Numbered from the whole stretch's first letter, positions 38,091 to 50,497 are shown. The stretch: 63,753 nucleotides of DNA, filler included, from Rhabdomonas costata (GCA_019059605.1; 43 parts of 43 records of this genome joined end to end with filler, not necessarily neighbours in it); one strand, 5' to 3'. Notes: generated by a model not told the origin, from the sequence alone. A program made the numbers and translations.

Positions 38091-38732
38091 CTACCAGAGT
38101 TGAGAGTGAGAAGTGAGAATGGCTGAGGCCTTCACGTGATGCCTTTACCCTTCAACGTACCCTGAGGCCTTCTATCGCGATGCCCTTCACCTTCTACTAC
38201 GCATGGCTCGCTGACGCACCCATGCCTCGTGACCTTAAGCCTTCACCTACTGAGGGGTTCCCTGTGGCTACGCCCGGTCGGAGCATGCACGTACGCACCT
38301 AATGGTGGGGGAGGGCATGCGTAGAGACACGTGTAGCTAATGGGGATGAGGGGCTGAGCGTACCACCCGTGAGTGGTGGGGAGCAAAGAGGACCCCTGGG
38401 AGAAGTTGTTTGGTCTCACAAGGGATTAGGAGGCGATGCACGTTAGAATTGTAAGGTATTGCCCTGGTCAATTGCCCGACCTACGTCGCGCGTTTATTAG
38501 TTATACCCCCAACACCACNNNNNNNNNNNNNNNNNNNNNNNNNNNNNNNNNNNNNNNNNNNNTTAATTAATTAANNNNNNNNNNNNNNNNNNNNNNNNNN
38601 NNNNNNNNNNNNNNNNNNGGTGTTGGGTTGGAAATGCAGCAGAGAAGAGAGGGAAATGAATGAGGGTTGCTGGCAGGTGATAACTGCTGCATTTCCAACC
38701 AAACTGTCCAAGCGCGGAAAGTTTCAAGAAAC

Positions 38733-38885
38733 CTTGTGGAAGTCAATGATGAAGCCCTTGACGGCATCGGGAACGTACGTCTCATCCGTGGTGTCCATGA
38801 GAATGGGCTGACGAGCGTCCTCGTTCTCATCGTAGAAGGGTACCCGAAGTGCAGTGTCAGGAAAGTTAGCTGAGAGGCAACCCAT
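38733..38885 (-). CDS. EIF3L: Translation initiation factor eIF3 subunit L, N-terminal exon
   Basis: A frame absent from the ORF track reads ...PFYDENEDARQPILMDTTDETYVPDAVKGFIIDFHK|GT, resembling the eIF3L N-terminal VPxxVKxFIxxFH segment. Confidence 0.6.
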
Positions 38886-39719
38886 TCAGGTGAAATTTCT
38901 GGTCGCATCCATCACACCACCAGTTGCACCGTTGCATAATGGGGAGGGTTTTAGGAGTTGAAGGGGTATGGGTGGATGGACCGACTAAATTGATTGGATT
39001 TGGTGGTGAAGGGGGTGCATGGAACATCCGAATGCAAATACCTCTGTCCACCAGGTCAGATGCTTCAAAAAACCCAAGCCCAGCCATCGATTTTCGTGGC
39101 TCTGCAAAGTTTTGTCGCTTGCGGTTTGCGTAGTATCCTACCTTTTTCTTCCTGATGACGATTACCCAAACCACAGGTGATCACCTCATGAAGTCAGCTG
39201 ATCGTTGTATTTTATGCTCTATTTTTTTTAAAGAAATTGTTTTAATCAATTCCAAAATTCTGCACTGCGCACAAAGGTTCGGTCATCATCAAACCGACCG
39301 TTTTTACAAGAAGAAGAGAAAATGAAGCAAATGTGTCCGACTCTAACCTAGAGAGGTTATGAGGAAGGTCGCGGTGAGTGAGTGAATGAGTACGTGCGTG
39401 CGTGCGTGAAGTTGGGTGGGTTGCCTGCGCCCCCTTTCGCAGGGATATAGGAAGGTGTTTTTTGCACCCACATTGTGGGTGCTGGGAAAGAAGCGGCACA
39501 ACATTAAGGAAAGCTCCACCAAAGGGCACGGGTGGGTACCGGCCTCCTGCGCAGCGTTTTGGGAGACCCACTGTATATACCTGCTTGGGCCCTCTACTTT
39601 TCCCCACAAACCCAGGTCTTTTTCAGGTCACACTCAGAGCTGCACAACTCCCAAATAATGTATGTGTTGTAAAAAAAAGCCGCCACTCCAAGAGCTAGCA
39701 TGTTCCTTTCACATTTCAG

Positions 39720-39857
39720 ATTTTTTCAAGCAGCGAGGACTTTTCCACCGGGGAGAGCTTGGCGAGCTAAAAGGAACTTCATTGGCGGTGGATGGTCACC
39801 TCTGGCTGAAGAACCTGCAGTACCACTTCAAGGAGCCATGGCACATGGCAATGGGAG
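39720..39857 (+). CDS. MKT1: MKT1-like (XPG/PIN-fold) protein, N-terminal exon
   Basis: FFKQRGLFHRGELGELKGTSLAVDGHLWLKNLQYHFKEPWHMAMGG: XPG-N strand plus the KEPxxxAxGG segment typical of Mkt1; AG/GT bounded. Confidence 0.7.
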
Positions 39858-42190
39858 GTTTCCTTTCTGAAAAAAATTGTGCTGCTTCTTTCCCAGCACC
39901 CACAATGTGGGTGCAAAAAACACCTTCCTATATCCCTGCGAAAGGGGGCGCAGGCAACCCACCCAACTTCACGCACGCACGCACGTACTCATTCACCCAC
40001 ACANNNNNNNNNNNNNNNNNNNNNNNNNNNNNNNNNNNNNNNNNNNNTTAATTAATTAANNNNNNNNNNNNNNNNNNNNNNNNNNNNNNNNNNNNNNNNN
40101 NNNTGTTTTGTGTCTGTGTGTGGGGTCTTAAGCACAAAACCGGATATGCATTGCCAGGTTCCCCAGGAGAGAGTTTGTTTTGTTTTACTTGGTTTGGGTT
40201 GCGCTGTTGCGTTCCCCGGGGTGGGTTCGAAGAAGAAAAAGGCAGCAGGGAAATCGAACAGTGACCGAGGGTGCTTTCGCGCTGACGGGGCAGCTGGGGA
40301 CGCCCGTGAAGTTGGAGGAATGCTCGCCCCAGAGACGGTTGCTGGACGTGGTAGTGGATGCTTGTCGTCCAATCAAAGGCACCCTGGCGTTTCGTGACGA
40401 GCCCGACCAGCAAAGTGAGTCAGGAGATGTCACCTCTTGGCCGGGACGAGATTATCCCCGTCTGCGGCAGCTGCTGCTTTCCCTGCTGTCAGGGTTAGCG
40501 TCGAAGATCCGGATGTACCATGAAGTGGGCACGGCCCCCTGTTGGGTTTCACGGCCCCCTGGCGTCGGACTTACGCCTTTGTGATGCGACGAGGTTATCC
40601 CTCGAATCTTTGGCATCGCCCTCTGGCCCTGGCAGCCCTGCGGCAGGGCGCTTCCTTCAGAAGTTGGAGAAGCTCGTGGTTGCGGTTGCAATGGCGCGGC
40701 TGCTGGTGCGCAAAGCGACAGTCCAAAACACGCGACGAGCACAGTGATCGCGTGTCGAGGTTGGGTTCAGGCTCGGCCGTGTTTAGCCGTTGGTACTTGG
40801 CCCGGTAGGCTTCCCAGAGGTTCAATCACTTCTAAGCTATCGCGTCTGTGTATTTTTAGGGTTCTCTCAGAAAAGGGCCCTGGTGTGGCGTGAGGGGAGG
40901 ACACGCCTCGGACTCGGCCGTCCACAGCTGCTCCTGTTCATCGGCCAACTCAACGCTCTCCTCCAGAAAGGCATCGTCTTGGGGAAGCACCGAGCGAGCC
41001 AGCTCGCGCCAGGGCCTGCCCAGGCGGCAGCTGTTGACGGCATGCACCACGAGCTGGGAGCCTGCGCAGCCGTGGGTGTCTGCCTCGTCCGGGGGCAGAG
41101 TGGCGTCATCCTCCCCCTCAGCCATGAAGCCGCCCCATCGCAGGAAAGCCTGTCACCAAACCAACCCCGGGCGGAAACAGTACGGCGGGCACTTGAATAC
41201 CATGTCCATGCGGGCACCGCGGTGAACTTGGATTACCATCTGACCACCTTTTGACTGAAAGAGAGAGAAAGTGCATTAGAATCGTTCTGAAGCGAAGGAC
41301 ATGCCAGGGGCTCTCGATCCAAAGCTAACCAGAAAAGCAAAGTGAATCAGTAGTGCGTTCACATCGTTCCTCTAGCTATATTTACTGGCTACTGCCTCTC
41401 ATGGAAAAGGAATTCCGCGCTTCTCCCTGCGCAGTTCCTTTTAGCACATCCTCTCCACAAAACGTACAGCAAAGCTCCACACCCCACANNNNNNNNNNNN
41501 NNNNNNNNNNNNNNNNNNNNNNNNNNNNNNNNTTAATTAATTAANNNNNNNNNNNNNNNNNNNNNNNNNNNNNNNNNNNNNNNNNNNNGCCCCCGGGGTC
41601 TGCGGTGGAGCAGCTTCTGGGTGCTTGCACGTGGATCGAGCTGCCGTTCAAGGCGGAGCTGGTGGGGGGCGGTCAGCCGGGCAATGGTTAGGTTGGCGGT
41701 GGCGGCGTTTCGCCCGCCTTGCTGCTGGAGCGCTTCAAGGTATGATTCCCTCAAACATTAATACAAACTGTATCTAGTGCTGAGAAGCAGCCTATTGCAG
41801 CAACACTTAAGGTAGAAGATAACGTCCCGCCTTCTTTGGCCTTTACTTTTGCATCTTGCATCCTTATAATTCCTCCGGACTCCGTTCAATTTTTCTTTCA
41901 TCGTTGCGTTCCTTGAATTTCTGCTCGAGATTTTGATGCTTCGTGCTCATTTTGCCTCATTTATACGTCAAAAACGTAGACCCGAGGCGCCGGTGTGTGG
42001 AGCGCGCTCTGGAGGAAAAAGTCTGTGCCGGTTTGGCTGTTCCCTCGGGCTGCTGAATGCAAGGAGCCGTGGAAAATTGAGCACCACAGATGACCCGTGG
42101 TGAGCACGAGAAAAGAGATGAGTGCTCGATGATTTGATGAGCGTTCGATTTGTCCATTCCGCTGTCTTCGCACTCCCCCCCACAATAAAG

Positions 42191-42904
42191 GCTATCCACG
42201 CCTCCCTGCTGCTGTTTCTGAACCGCATCCGCTCCCTCGCCGTGATCGACGAACTCTCTGGGCAGACCCAGCTCCTCCGGCGCACAGACCATCCCACCCT
42301 GCGTGGCGTGGTCACGCTGCACTGCAACTCCGACCCCACGCACTGGCTGCTGGTCAAGCACACTGCGGAGCCGAGTCCAGGGGTGACCCGAGAGGGGATG
42401 TAGGTCCCCATGACCGAGCTGGCGGTAGCCTTCCCCCTACCGGGCTTGCAGGCCCCGACCCAAGAAACAAGGGGAGGCGAGCCAGAGGTGCTGGGCGACC
42501 TCTTTACAGGCGAGGAAGAGCTGCCCCACCAGAACGTCTGCGCCTTCCTTCCGCTCCGCAGTTACGGCTTCCGGTTCTTGCTACAGGTGCGCCGTTATTC
42601 TTTTTTCAGTTGGTTGAGGTGAGCGGGAACGCCGTTCCAAAAGATGTAATGCGGCGGTGTTAGCATAGCAGTGAAGCCCATACCAAGCAGTGGCAATGAA
42701 TTCGGAGGGGGGGACTATCCAGTGTTGATCGATTTGTAAATGCAATGGTATCTTTCAAACGCATTGACACATTTCGCCTGTTGTTCCGCTTGGGTTCAGG
42801 CAGACTGGGTTGTTCCGAGCTCTCGAGAGGACATCGTCGAGCACAGCCTTTGGAACCAGTGGCTGCGAACTCAAGTGCCCGCGCTGTTTGTCGAGGCACT
42901 GCAG
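42191..42904 (+). CDS. NO VEIN (NOV)/sacsin-like GHKL-associated protein, exons 42191-42586 and 42800-42904, with an in-frame TAG at 42401
   Basis: IHASLLLFLNRIRSL...TELAVAFPL...QNVCAFLPLRSYGFRFLLQ|ADWVVPSSREDI...WNQWL is the characteristic motif series. Confidence 0.85.
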
Positions 42905-43111
42905 GTGCGCGAGGGTAGAGGTGGGTTCCTTTTTTGTGTGTATGTGGAAGATTGTGACGACGCACACGNNNNNNNNNNNNNNNNNNNNNNNNNNNNNNNN
43001 NNNNNNNNNNNNTTAATTAATTAANNNNNNNNNNNNNNNNNNNNNNNNNNNNNNNNNNNNNNNNNNNNGTTGTTTTGTGAGGGTGGGTGGATGTGAGTGC
43101 ACGCCCCGCAG

Positions 43112-44033
43112 GAGTTTGGTGAAGAAGCTGTACTGGGAGCGCTGCCGGGAATTCTCCGTGCTGTGGCGGGAGTGGGCCACGAGGCATCCTAACAGGCCGC
43201 GCCGCCGCCTCTCCAGGGCCACTTGGGCGAAGTTCTTCCAGATTGTCGTCACTGCGATGAACGAGATGCGCATCGATCGCGACGTGCAGACCGCGGTGAT
43301 CGACTCGGTGTCCCCGGAGGTGCCCCACCCCCCACACACTCACTTTATGGCCATGCACAGGTGCACACTTATCGGCAAGCATGCTCCTTGACAAGATGCA
43401 TTGCTTCATATTTCATAGTATCTCCTAATCTTCAGAAAGGGCTTTGCAGGGCGAGGAGGGATCGGTCCTGACTCGCATTAAACATTAAACTCTTTCTAAC
43501 TGTATTGAATATTTCGCTTTGTTTTTTTCCCAACGGTCTGCCGGATGCGCCGTCCCGTTTGCACTATTAGCGTATCGGCACTGTTGGCACTATTGGCACA
43601 TGCCCTGTTCTGATTTTCTCTAAAGCATAAAACGCATTCCTGGTTACGGCCCTCGGGGTGTGCCGCACCGATTTGCTGCCGCATTGCTCTCTAAGTCATC
43701 TTGTCCGTGTCACCTCAAAAAGCCACAACGAAAAAAAAGCGCGTTCAGGCATTTTTCGGAATTTTTGGAAGCGAAATTAACTGGATTTTGATGGAAGCTT
43801 TATTGCTCTCTTTGGGCATGTGTGTCTGCCCCCACCTCTTTCTTTTGAGTTGACGCGGGCCATACTTTGTTGGATTAAATTGTGTGGTCGTGGTGGTGGT
43901 GGGGCGGGGGGTGCAGGGTGACTACCGCGTCGATGTAGAGCCCGAGCTGAAGTTGACGCCCAGCACAGAGTTCTTTCTGGTGCAGCGTAGCAGTAAGGCA
44001 GATTGGTTGCACCTGGTGGATGAGCTCCAGAAG
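43112..44033 (+). CDS. Hypothetical protein, exons 43112-43319 and 43917-44033
   Basis: GC3-rich frames SLVKKLYWERC...DSVSPE|GDYRVDVEPELKL...LVDELQK joined by a phase-0 GT-AG intron. Confidence 0.5.
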
Positions 44034-44951
44034 GCCAACACGGCATCGGTGCGCAGTCTGATCAGAGCCAAATCTTGTCAAAAATACCGTTTTTCATGGG
44101 TGAACATTGAGTTATCCTTCCAGATGGGCCTCTGGCCTCTTCGGACGGTCAACGAAGGCGAGACATTACCCCCTCAAGGTCACTTTTAAGGCTCAGGAAA
44201 ACAATACTTTGCAGGAGCTTTGCCGGCCTACTTGCCGTGAGCTTTCCGCCAGGTCAACTTGATATACGTGGGGATAGGTTTGCCCAGCAGCACCACGTGC
44301 CGTCATCATAGAAGTGGACCTACGGGAACCCTCCCATGAACGTGAACCTTCCAAGGGAACCCTACCGTGACAGTACTCACAACAGTGTCCTTTGTGATTG
44401 TCTAGGATTGTCATGCGCTGTTGCCGCGACCGCTCTAATCACCCCCCCCCCCCNNNNNNNNNNNNNNNNNNNNNNNNNNNNNNNNNNNNNNNNNNNNTTA
44501 ATTAATTAANNNNNNNNNNNNNNNNNNNNNNNNNNNNNNNNNNNNNNNNNNNNGGTTGGGGTTGTGGTCACAGCCGATATTCATCGAGCTTGTGGCGCTG
44601 TAATCCCAACTCAAAAGGGAATCGAATTCGCTACATTTTGCCGCGATTTCAGAAAAAAAGCAATAGGGGTGGGAGAAATAGAATGACATTTCAAAAACAA
44701 AGTTACAGTTCACGCCTAAACGATTTTAAAAGGTAGTACAGATTGGCGCCACCACTTTGAGTACAAGCGACTGATGATGCAGCAGAAACTCAAGAGAAGC
44801 CATGGGTACCTCTTGTTGTGCCCGATTCCTCTCGTATTTCATAAGTTCAGGGTGATGGGTGGGCCCCTCCTTTCTCTTCTGCGTGTTGCCTGTTTCTCTT
44901 CTTCGCAAGGCCTGCGGGGTTCGGTGATGGTGATGGTGGGGTTCAAAATAG

Positions 44952-45196
44952 GCTGTGTGTACAACGACACCTGCACTAAGCTGCTGGCCGCGCTGAAGGC
45001 CTCCAATACGGCCTACAGCACCACCGCGCTGTCCGTGTGTGTGGGTCAGGCCGGGTTGGTGGACACCGTGGGCCCCGCCGCGGCGTTCGTCACGGGGCCT
45101 GTGCAGTGGCACCAGCGGGCCAACGACATCCAACACACGGAGTCGCCGACGTTTCTGATGCGCGGAACTTCGTCGTTTGGGATGTTTCCCGCCACC
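44952..45196 (+). CDS. Exon of a type I periplasmic-binding-like (LivJ-like) extracellular sensor domain, likely of a receptor cyclase
   Basis: GCVYNDTCTKLLAALK...VGPAAAFVTGPVQW; AG/GT bounded. The family call rests on resemblance only. Confidence 0.5.
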
Positions 45197-45214
45197 GTGG
45201 GAAGTACGGACGCG

Positions 45215-45216
<2 letters not shown>

Positions 45217-45248
<32 letters not shown>

Positions 45249-45257
45249 TGTGTGTGT
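45217..45257 (+). repeat. (GT)n microsatellite; other simple repeats are (GAA)n near 23991-24012 and (CA)n near 27985-28008
   Basis: Directly visible simple repeats in intronic or intergenic DNA. Confidence 0.9.
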
Positions 45258-46183
45258 TGGTGTGCGGACGATATTTTTCATGCGGTTGTGTGCAGTCATT
45301 GATTCGTGCATTCAGTTTTTCCCTTCCCCTCCCCTTCATACTTCACTCTCCGCCTTCCAAAGGTTACGTCCATCTGTGTTATCACTTTGCCCAGCTGGTA
45401 GAGGTTGCGTTGACAGGAAATCCTCTTTTGCCGTTCTGGGGTGTCTTCCTGCAGCACCGCACCGAGCTATCCTCCTCTGCGGGTCTTCGGACCCACACCA
45501 ATCATCAGGAGTCACGCCGGGAATGGGGATAGGACCACTTTCTTCTGCTGAAGTCTTCACCCATTTTGCTGGGCGATTTCCGACTTGGGCCCACTGGGTA
45601 CCATAACTTGAGCTTGACGGCTGGTTGGGGCCGATACTTTGTGGGATGGTGGTACACTTCTGAGTTGAGTTGTTTTTTTTGGCGGCTTCCTGAAATGTGG
45701 TATCTCTTTGCACAGTGCCTATCCTCCCATCCTCTCCCAATGACTTCGGTTCCACCCCCACACCCCCTGATACTTTGCATTTTCTCCTCTCAGCCTTTGC
45801 ACCCACGTGTAATTTATTGTATCGTTTTTTGCCGGAAAAATAGGCACCCGCTTGTGGGGGCATGCCCTGTTGGAACCCATCCTGTACTGAAAGCACGTAA
45901 AGAAAGAGGGACATTGAGCGTTTCTGACATTTCACCAAACAANNNNNNNNNNNNNNNNNNNNNNNNNNNNNNNNNNNNNNNNNNNNTTAATTAATTAANN
46001 NNNNNNNNNNNNNNNNNNNNNNNNNNNNNNNNNNNNNNNNNNGTGGTGTTAATAAAGTTATGATTATTTAATTATATATCTTAAATAATGTTTGAGATAT
46101 ATAAGTAAAGCGATCTGCTCAGCGGAGTGCTGCTGAGCAGATCGCTCTACTTATATATCTCAAACATTATTTAAGATATATAA

Positions 46184-46504
46184 TTAAATAATCATAACTT
46201 TATTAACACCACATGCAAGTTTATTTAATAGCCAATAAAATGGATACATTATTAAATAGTAAATAAAGAATGTAGATATAAATCCAATTTTCCATGTAAA
46301 ATCAGGTTCAGGTGCATTACATCCAGCAGTTGTAAATACACGACGAAATCTATCATAATAATTTATTTTATTTTTTCTTACATAAAAAAAATAAATAGGT
46401 ACAAATAGACTTATATTAAATGGATGTATGGGAACAAATGGCATCATTGCCGGTGGGAGAAAACAAAATAATTTAGCAAGATATTTAACTGCTTTCGTTG
46501 CCAT
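46184..46504 (-). CDS. Small hydrophobic protein of unknown function (106 aa), intronless and AT-rich
   Basis: Complete ORF with two hydrophobic stretches, divergent from the 46593 ORF across 88 nt. Confidence 0.65.
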   Translation of the reverse strand: MATKAVKYLAKLFCFLPPAMMPFVPIHPFNISLFVPIYFFYVRKNKINYYDRFRRVFTTAGCNAPEPDFTWKIGFISTFFIYYLIMYPFYWLLNKLACGVNKVMII

Positions 46505-46529
46505 TATTATACTACTATAACAAGTAAAA

Positions 46530-46537
46530 AAAATTGA
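46530..46537 (+). promoter_or_regulatory. AAAATTGA Mimiviridae-type early promoter motif
   Basis: Exact octamer, correct orientation, about 55 nt upstream of the ATG at 46593. Confidence 0.65.
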
Positions 46538-46592
46538 AAATTATATTATTTATAATTATATAAATAATTACAAAACAGAATAAACTATTAAA

Positions 46593-47427
46593 ATGTCTCT
46601 TGAATCACATATGCAATATCATAATGCATACAAAAAAGATATTGTCGGATTTATCTGTCGTGATTTCTTCAATAAAGAATGTACATGCGCATATCATCCA
46701 TATACAAAGATATATTTTAATATTGCATCTCTAGATGATATGAATACAATTGAAAAATATTATAAAAATAAACATGAAATTGAAATTTGTGACAAATGTT
46801 TTGACTGTAATGACATGAATTGTATAAAAATTCATTTGTATGATGAATCTATAGCTTGTCGTTCTTTTATTATTATAGATGATATTAATGATGTTGAAAT
46901 TGTAAAGAAATATGCACATTGGATGGATGTAAATGAAACGAAACCAATTATAAATTTCTGTCTTGATAAAACAAAAACTGTACAATGTACTTCAAATGTT
47001 TTTTTTAAAGAAAATACATGTGTATCATATATCGATGAATACAATATGTATAACATTATTAAAAAGAAAATTATAAGTCATATTGAAAAAAATAAATCTG
47101 AACTAAAAACACAAACAGCTATCAACAATACAAAACAAGAAATACAATCAAAAAATGATGATAAATCAAAAGATAGTGATGATAAATCATCAAAAGATAG
47201 TGATGATAAATCATCACAAGATAATATTTTAGATGATGAAACATCTAAAAATACTGAATTATCATTATCACATGATCCATATATGTTGAATATTGAAGAC
47301 AGAGATAATATTGATAGATATATGGATACAATGTGGTTAATTAATGATAGAAATGTCATTGCACGACAAATTTTGAATTATGAATATACTTATCAACCAG
47401 AATTTATAGAACAAAGTTTAATGTCAG
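46593..47427 (+). CDS. Cys/His-rich protein of unknown function with a D/K/S repeat (3' truncated), intronless and AT-rich
   Basis: 278 open codons in very AT-rich DNA; clusters CRDFFNKECTCAYH and CDKCFDCNDMNCIKIH; three copies of GATGATAAATCA(TCA)AAAGATAGT near 47156-47224. Confidence 0.8.
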
Positions 47428-47905
47428 NNNNNNNNNNNNNNNNNNNNNNNNNNNNNNNNNNNNNNNNNNNNTTAATTAATTAANNNNNNNNNNNNNNNNN
47501 NNNNNNNNNNNNNNNNNNNNNNNNNNNTGTGGGGTTGTCCTCTGTGTTGAAGTCCGCCCTGTCGTCAATCCACAGAATAGGGAGCCCATCAACTGCAGGA
47601 ACACGTTTCGAACGTATCTTGGTTGCTCGGATTCCACTTCTTCCCGGTCGCATTTTCTGTTAGAATGCACATAGCAAGCCATTTTGCAAAAGCTCCAAAA
47701 ACACCGCAGATCTGCCGCTGCCACTCTGATCTCAGCCTTCCGTAGCGGGCTCCCATTCTCGGAAAAGAAAATTGACCTGAGATTTCTTGGGGTTAATTCC
47801 TTGTACAGGCCATTGAGCGTGGTGTACCACTTGGTGGCATTTCCTGGCGGATGCTCGGGATCGAATGCCCCCTTTCGTTTTGGTTCTTTGGGTTCACTTG
47901 CACAG

Positions 47906-48118
47906 GCTCTGCGGATCCTGCTGGGCCACCTGGAGATGCTGTGCTGCAAGTATGGACGATACATTGTACCCCTACTGAGTTTGAGCATCGACTTCTACGT
48001 CAGGGTATTTGTGCGGGTCTTCGGAGGCCGCAACGAGGCCAAGCTGTGCGCCTCGCATGTCGGCCACCTGTACCAGTGCGTGGAGTGCAGCGCGTTCCAC
48101 GTTGGTCCCGTGGGAGAG
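47906..48118 (+). CDS. TRM1: tRNA (guanine26-N2,N2)-dimethyltransferase, internal exon
   Basis: ALRILL...KYGRYIVPLLSLSIDFYVRVFVRV...YQCVECSAFH is the Trm1 signature; cag acceptor, probable GC donor at 48119. Confidence 0.92.
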
Positions 48119-49451
48119 GCACGCCAGGCCGCCCACACCTTCACCTCAACCCCCCACACTTCCCCACACTGTGCATCTGGCCCTCGCACACTCTTGGTGT
48201 GAGGGTTGCTAGATATGATGTCCTAGTACCGCAAAGGTATTAGCAACGGCTGGGATTAAAAATGGATCGGCTCCTTCTTTTCCTTTTCGTTTTGTAAAGA
48301 AATGGATCATCAAAAATGTATCAATGAGGGTCTCTCGGGACCAATCCTTTACATCTTTGAGAGATAAGATTGAATGGATCATCAAATTTTGAAACAGCAT
48401 GTAAGCTGATCAATGGATCCATTACTTTTTTACCGATACTTCAACAATACTTCTACGGTTCTGTCTTTCCTTCGAGTCGTCGGCACCCCGCGGCACCTGA
48501 CAGTGCTTTAGGACCCCCCGTGCGAGCACCCAGGCTGCGCACGTCTTGACTAGGTTCTTTGACAGATGTTTCCCATCCGGGTTCCTGGAAAAGTTTGTTT
48601 TTGAATGCCCAAGCCCTTCGAATCATTCGGGTTTTTGTTGTCAATTTTTGTGATTGAGAGGATGGGAAAGGAGCACAGGCGCTCGAAATGCCAACTTCAA
48701 CTTCAACTTCAACATCCCCAAAGCGGTTTCCTCAAAGCATCGGCACCGGGGCACTGATTTTTGTGTTCGTTCAGGTTGGCTCTTCGAATAAGGCCGTTCG
48801 ACGGGCAGAACGGCTGCAACGAGGCAATGCCTCGGCAACGTCTCCTCGGTCTCCTGCTGGCGGTGACTCACGCTCAGAGTCGGCCTCCACCCCGCGACAG
48901 CACCACCACCCCNNNNNNNNNNNNNNNNNNNNNNNNNNNNNNNNNNNNNNNNNNNNTTAATTAATTAANNNNNNNNNNNNNNNNNNNNNNNNNNNNNNNN
49001 NNNNNNNNNNNNATGGGTTTTGCTACAAAACGTGAACGCTTTTCACGTTCAGAAAACTTTTTTTGGAAGAAAAAAGTAGCCCTTCCGGATGTACTCACCA
49101 AGCTGTGCAGTAAAGACAAAGTAGGGACGCAGCAAACATTTGGAAATGCTTTGTTGACTTAAAAGGCCACGTGCGGACAGTCTGTGTGATCGAAAAACCA
49201 GGGTTGAAGTGCAGTTCAGGAATTGCCAATCGGTCTTGCCATGGTGGTTGGAAAACTTGGCAAGCGATGCTTGTTGACCATTTTCCTGGGTGGCATGGCG
49301 ATATTTCCTCAAAATGTCAGAACCTAGCTAATACCGATAGTGTGTGCGTGCCTCGAAGATGAAGATCCACTCATGTCCTACCAACCGAAGTGCATCTTTT
49401 CAAGACTTCACGGGCAACGGCAGAGAAGGGAACAGCGCAGGGCAGTGAACC

Positions 49452-50058
49452 GTGGCACGGCCGTGACATCGCTGGTGTAGTCGGGGAGCAGCACCGAGGG
49501 CCCCACCACGGCGCCCGAGCGAGTGGTGGGCGTGTTCCACCACCTCCCGTACAGCCGCCCGTACCGCAGGGTGAAGCGGTGCATCCTAGCCCCACCGGTG
49601 CCCTGAAACAAAGGGAGAGGCCGTCCCAAGAGCCACCCTAAAAGCAAAAAAAACGAGCTCACCACGACTTTATCCTTTGTCTTCACATACTAAAAACTCA
49701 ACCACTAATACTATTTAGCGCACCAGCGCTTAGGTCGGTTTTGTTTGGGAGTGCCCTGAACTGATTTCACAGCTCTGACGACAACCCTTGTGACGGTCTT
49801 TATCAGGGCCGCTTAGTCGTTCAAAGGGGAAAAATTCCAAAAATCACTCTGACATGAACCGAATTGAACGCGCCTAGGCACATCAGCTTATCCACGCAGG
49901 CGGGGAGGCAAGTAAGCAGCACACCACGACGACGTGCACGGAAGCCCCCGGGCGGAGCTCGGCCAGGGTAGAGAAGGAGTGGAGCTGCCGCGTGGTGAAG
50001 TTCGCCAGGGCGTGGGTTCGCGTGTACAGGTGCGAGTGCCCGGTTACCACCATCGCAC
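49452..50058 (-). CDS. Calcineurin-like metallophosphoesterase (purple acid phosphatase-like), exons 50058-49925 and 49602-~49452
   Basis: VVTGHSHLYTRT (GHxHxYxR) followed by HVVV|GTGG across a phase-0 GT-AG intron. Confidence 0.8.
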
Positions 50059-50497
50059 CTATATTTTTTTTTCGTTTTATGACGGGGAGAAGAGCACGGA
50101 GGCCGGACCACAGCTGTCCTAGGGATGTCTTTGGCGTGGTTGACAACGCGCACTGAAACAAACATGAGCTTCCCAGGAAAAAATCGACACCGCGAATCTA
50201 CGAGTTTAGCGAGCTCGAGCTCAAAGGAAGGTACAGCGTCTAAGTCAGCTTCAGCCAACCGTAACCAGAACAAAGGTACAAAGGTCACGCTCAACCACAT
50301 TTTTTAAACTAGAGGCGGGGGGACCTGGACAAACGGACAGTGCCTGTCTCTCGCTCCTCAACCCCCTCCCTCCGCGTCCACCCTTTTCTGCCCTCTNNNN
50401 NNNNNNNNNNNNNNNNNNNNNNNNNNNNNNNNNNNNNNNNTTAATTAATTAANNNNNNNNNNNNNNNNNNNNNNNNNNNNNNNNNNNNNNNNNNNNT

